In this document: piece by piece, positions 61,724-64,000 of the stretch
Layout of the letters: each line of letters opens with the position of its first letter
How positions within the stretch are numbered: position 1 is the stretch's first letter
Assembly (NCBI GenBank): GCA_964247055.1
Contig: OZ176050.1
Span: 9,114,001 to 9,178,000 of the forward strand
Direction: 5' to 3'
Source: Paragordius varius
Lineage: Eukaryota; Animalia; Nematomorpha
Length of the DNA stretch: 64,000 nt
The notes under the pieces: model-generated
The model's input: only the letters and a program-made list of their open reading frames with translations
Told to the model about the DNA's origin: nothing
The model's database searches: none
Position numbers and translations under genes: made by a program

Positions 61724-63935
61724 GTGAGCGAAATAATTTCAACATTGTATAAACAGAATCGGCAAATTATACATATATTTATATATGTATTACTTTAAAA
61801 ATTATATATGTTTAATAATTACCTGTTAAGTTGCTGTTTTATGGCACCAGTCATTTTCATTTGACAGAGTAAAGAAACATATTCCTTTTTATTATCCTCG
61901 GTAACTAATATGTTACGGCCATTTGGTTTTAAATCCCGGGTTTCAGTTACTCCGAATTCTTGGATCTAAATTATTAAGGAAAAGAATTATGAATGATATA
62001 ATAAAACTAAATATATTATATTTACTTGTGTGCTAAATGTCAGATCGTATCCGAGTGTTTGAATATCATTTTCAAGCAAATAAACAAGTCCTTGGTAAAA
62101 ATCATAATCTTCACTCTCCATATCGGTATAACTTTAAAAGTTGAAAAATAAATTAATTAATCAAATATAGAGTATGGATTATTTTTATTTTAAGAGGGAT
62201 TTCGCCAAGTTGGAAAGCTTTATGGATACTCTGCTCAGACCGACATTAATATGAAAAAATTGAGCAACGGAATTTAAACTTAAATAAATTGAAACAAATA
62301 TGAAAATTTGACACTTAAAAATGCCTTTTTAATAGTTTATATAAATTTAACAAAATTATTTAAGTCAAAGTAGGTAGGGCATTAAACTTTTATACTATGA
62401 ATGTGAGTATATGGAAGTTTAAAACTTTTAACTATATAATTTTTTTTCGACCATCATTTTCAGTTTTACAGGCGTTAAAGTTTTATGTTCCCAGTTATAC
62501 AATTATGTCCTCAACTTTAGGGACAAATAATTTAAATCATTTTTAAAAATTGAAATAAAAAAGAATCATAATATATGAACACTGTTTCTTACTTGACGGG
62601 TTTTCCAAGAATGTGTTTATAGAAAGATCTTGTAAAGTAGCATTCAAGATGTTTATTATCGAAAAGCGCTTTAGCTATAACTCGTCCAACAAATTTGAAA
62701 TATGATAAATGATTTGAGTTGCAATGTGAAGCCGGATTAATCGTATAAGTTACTCTAAATTATTTAGGCATATAAAAATTTATGCGCATACATGATTAAA
62801 AATTAAATAAATAATAAATTAAAATTAACAGACCTATCTCCAGGTGAGATACGGAAAAGGGCATAGTTTGGGTTAAATATTTCTCGTGCAATAATACTAT
62901 ACCATTCACGTAATAATCCACCGGCATCTTGGCCTTCCTCGCCTATAAACAAAATAAAAATTTAGAAATGTTGAAAATCGCATCTTCAAAATAGGAAACT
63001 TTATTTTATACATTACCTTCAAAAACGATATAAAAACGACATTTCCATTCACTTGGTGGTTGTCTAAAATGTTTAAAATATAGTTATTACATCCATTAAA
63101 GTGAGTAATATTCTTAATAAATAAAAATATGAAACATAATTAGCAACATATGTGAAAACTTTATTATTGCATACAAAACTTTTTGATTAGCTGCGATTGC
63201 AATATATGTAAGTAGCAAATTTTAATGGGATTATTATGTGTAGAATATTACGCATTTTTGTTGAATAATACGTATATATTAATTTTTAAATTAAAATATA
63301 TAATTTATTAACTGAAAGTGACCATAAATATTTAGAAAATATATTATGCTTTATTACAACTAAAAACTAAATAATTTAACATAAAATATGTATTCTTTTG
63401 TTTTTATTAACACGCTTCTCATCAAAAAATATTTTAAAGACTCCTTAAACTTTAATAACAATTTTAATATGGCATTTTTTATTTGTGAATACCCCTTCGA
63501 AGTTTACTGAAACGTCCCCCCCCCCCAATGTATAATAAGTTGTTTAGACTGGAGATAATTTTATGCATATAGCAGGAAAAACCTACCTGTGTAAATCTCG
63601 GTAGGAATCCTCAAAAACTTGGGATCTCCTCACATGAACTGGTAAATCATCGTTTCGATGATGAGTTCCTCGACCACCATTTGCTGAAGCGGCAAGCGCA
63701 TCCCTAAAATATTTGCGTTTAACATCGAAATCCAAGAGGTGACTGTAAGGCGCTGTCGCAAGTATAGTGAATGGTTCACTCAACCAAGACGTGTTAAGGG
63801 GTCCCCCTGCCCTGTTGTTACGACCACCGGCTGAAGTGATGAGGGATCTTGCAGTGCGTGACCCATCGGCCCCTAAACTGTGGGTCTCATGAATGGCTTG
63901 TCGGAGAATGCGATTAAGGATTTGACGGTGATTAC
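61089..63935 (-). CDS. HUWE1: C-terminal HECT region of the E3 ligase HUWE1 (partial; exons 63935-63587, 63063-63017, 62942-62834, 62754-62593, 62131-62026, 61965-61823, 61679-61523, 61455-61265, 61191-61089)
   Basis: [62 protein letters not shown], catalytic RLPSAHTCFNQLDLP and the end ECTEGFGLA*. Confidence 0.96.
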
Positions 63936-64000
63936 CTAAAAACGTTATAATTATGTTATAAAAATGCTAATATTCCCTCCAATTATAAATTATTCAAAGA

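Noticed and set aside
1-64000. tRNA, rRNA or snRNA genes; non-standard genetic code
   Set aside because: None were recognised by eye. All reconstructed genes translate with the standard code, and TAA/TAG act as stops.

Overview
A very AT-rich eukaryotic genomic window with spliceosomal introns and the standard genetic code. The gene set (TANC/rols, PHF10 SAY domain, RBM45, DLK-type MAP3K) indicates an animal, probably a highly derived one; the sequence alone does not give the taxon. I reconstructed ten genes by hand, with consistent exon phases. On + these are a TANC-like 3' end, PHPT1/janus, STE24/ZMPSTE24, a DLK-like kinase and RBM45. On - they are an atypical DUSP, LSG1, PSAT1, a miniature PHF10 that the ORF track misses entirely, and the HECT end of HUWE1. 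Intergenic DNA and large introns are filled with mobile DNA: an intact-ORF RTE-type LINE and two decayed RT copies, a Buster-type hAT with exact 8-bp TSD, several MITEs, Helentron/DINE-like elements carrying satellite arrays, and nested kb-scale foldbacks. The most striking signal is gene architecture. Thirteen GT-AG introns of only 21-28 nt occur (12 forced by frame or stops), all within about 650 nt of a start codon. Eleven are in two head-to-head gene pairs whose ATGs are only 18 and 27 nt apart. All other introns are 43-3540 nt. This gives ultra-compact divergent islands inside a TE-bloated genome. Protein identities come from remembered motifs, not database searches, and repeat boundaries are approximate unless a TSD is quoted.
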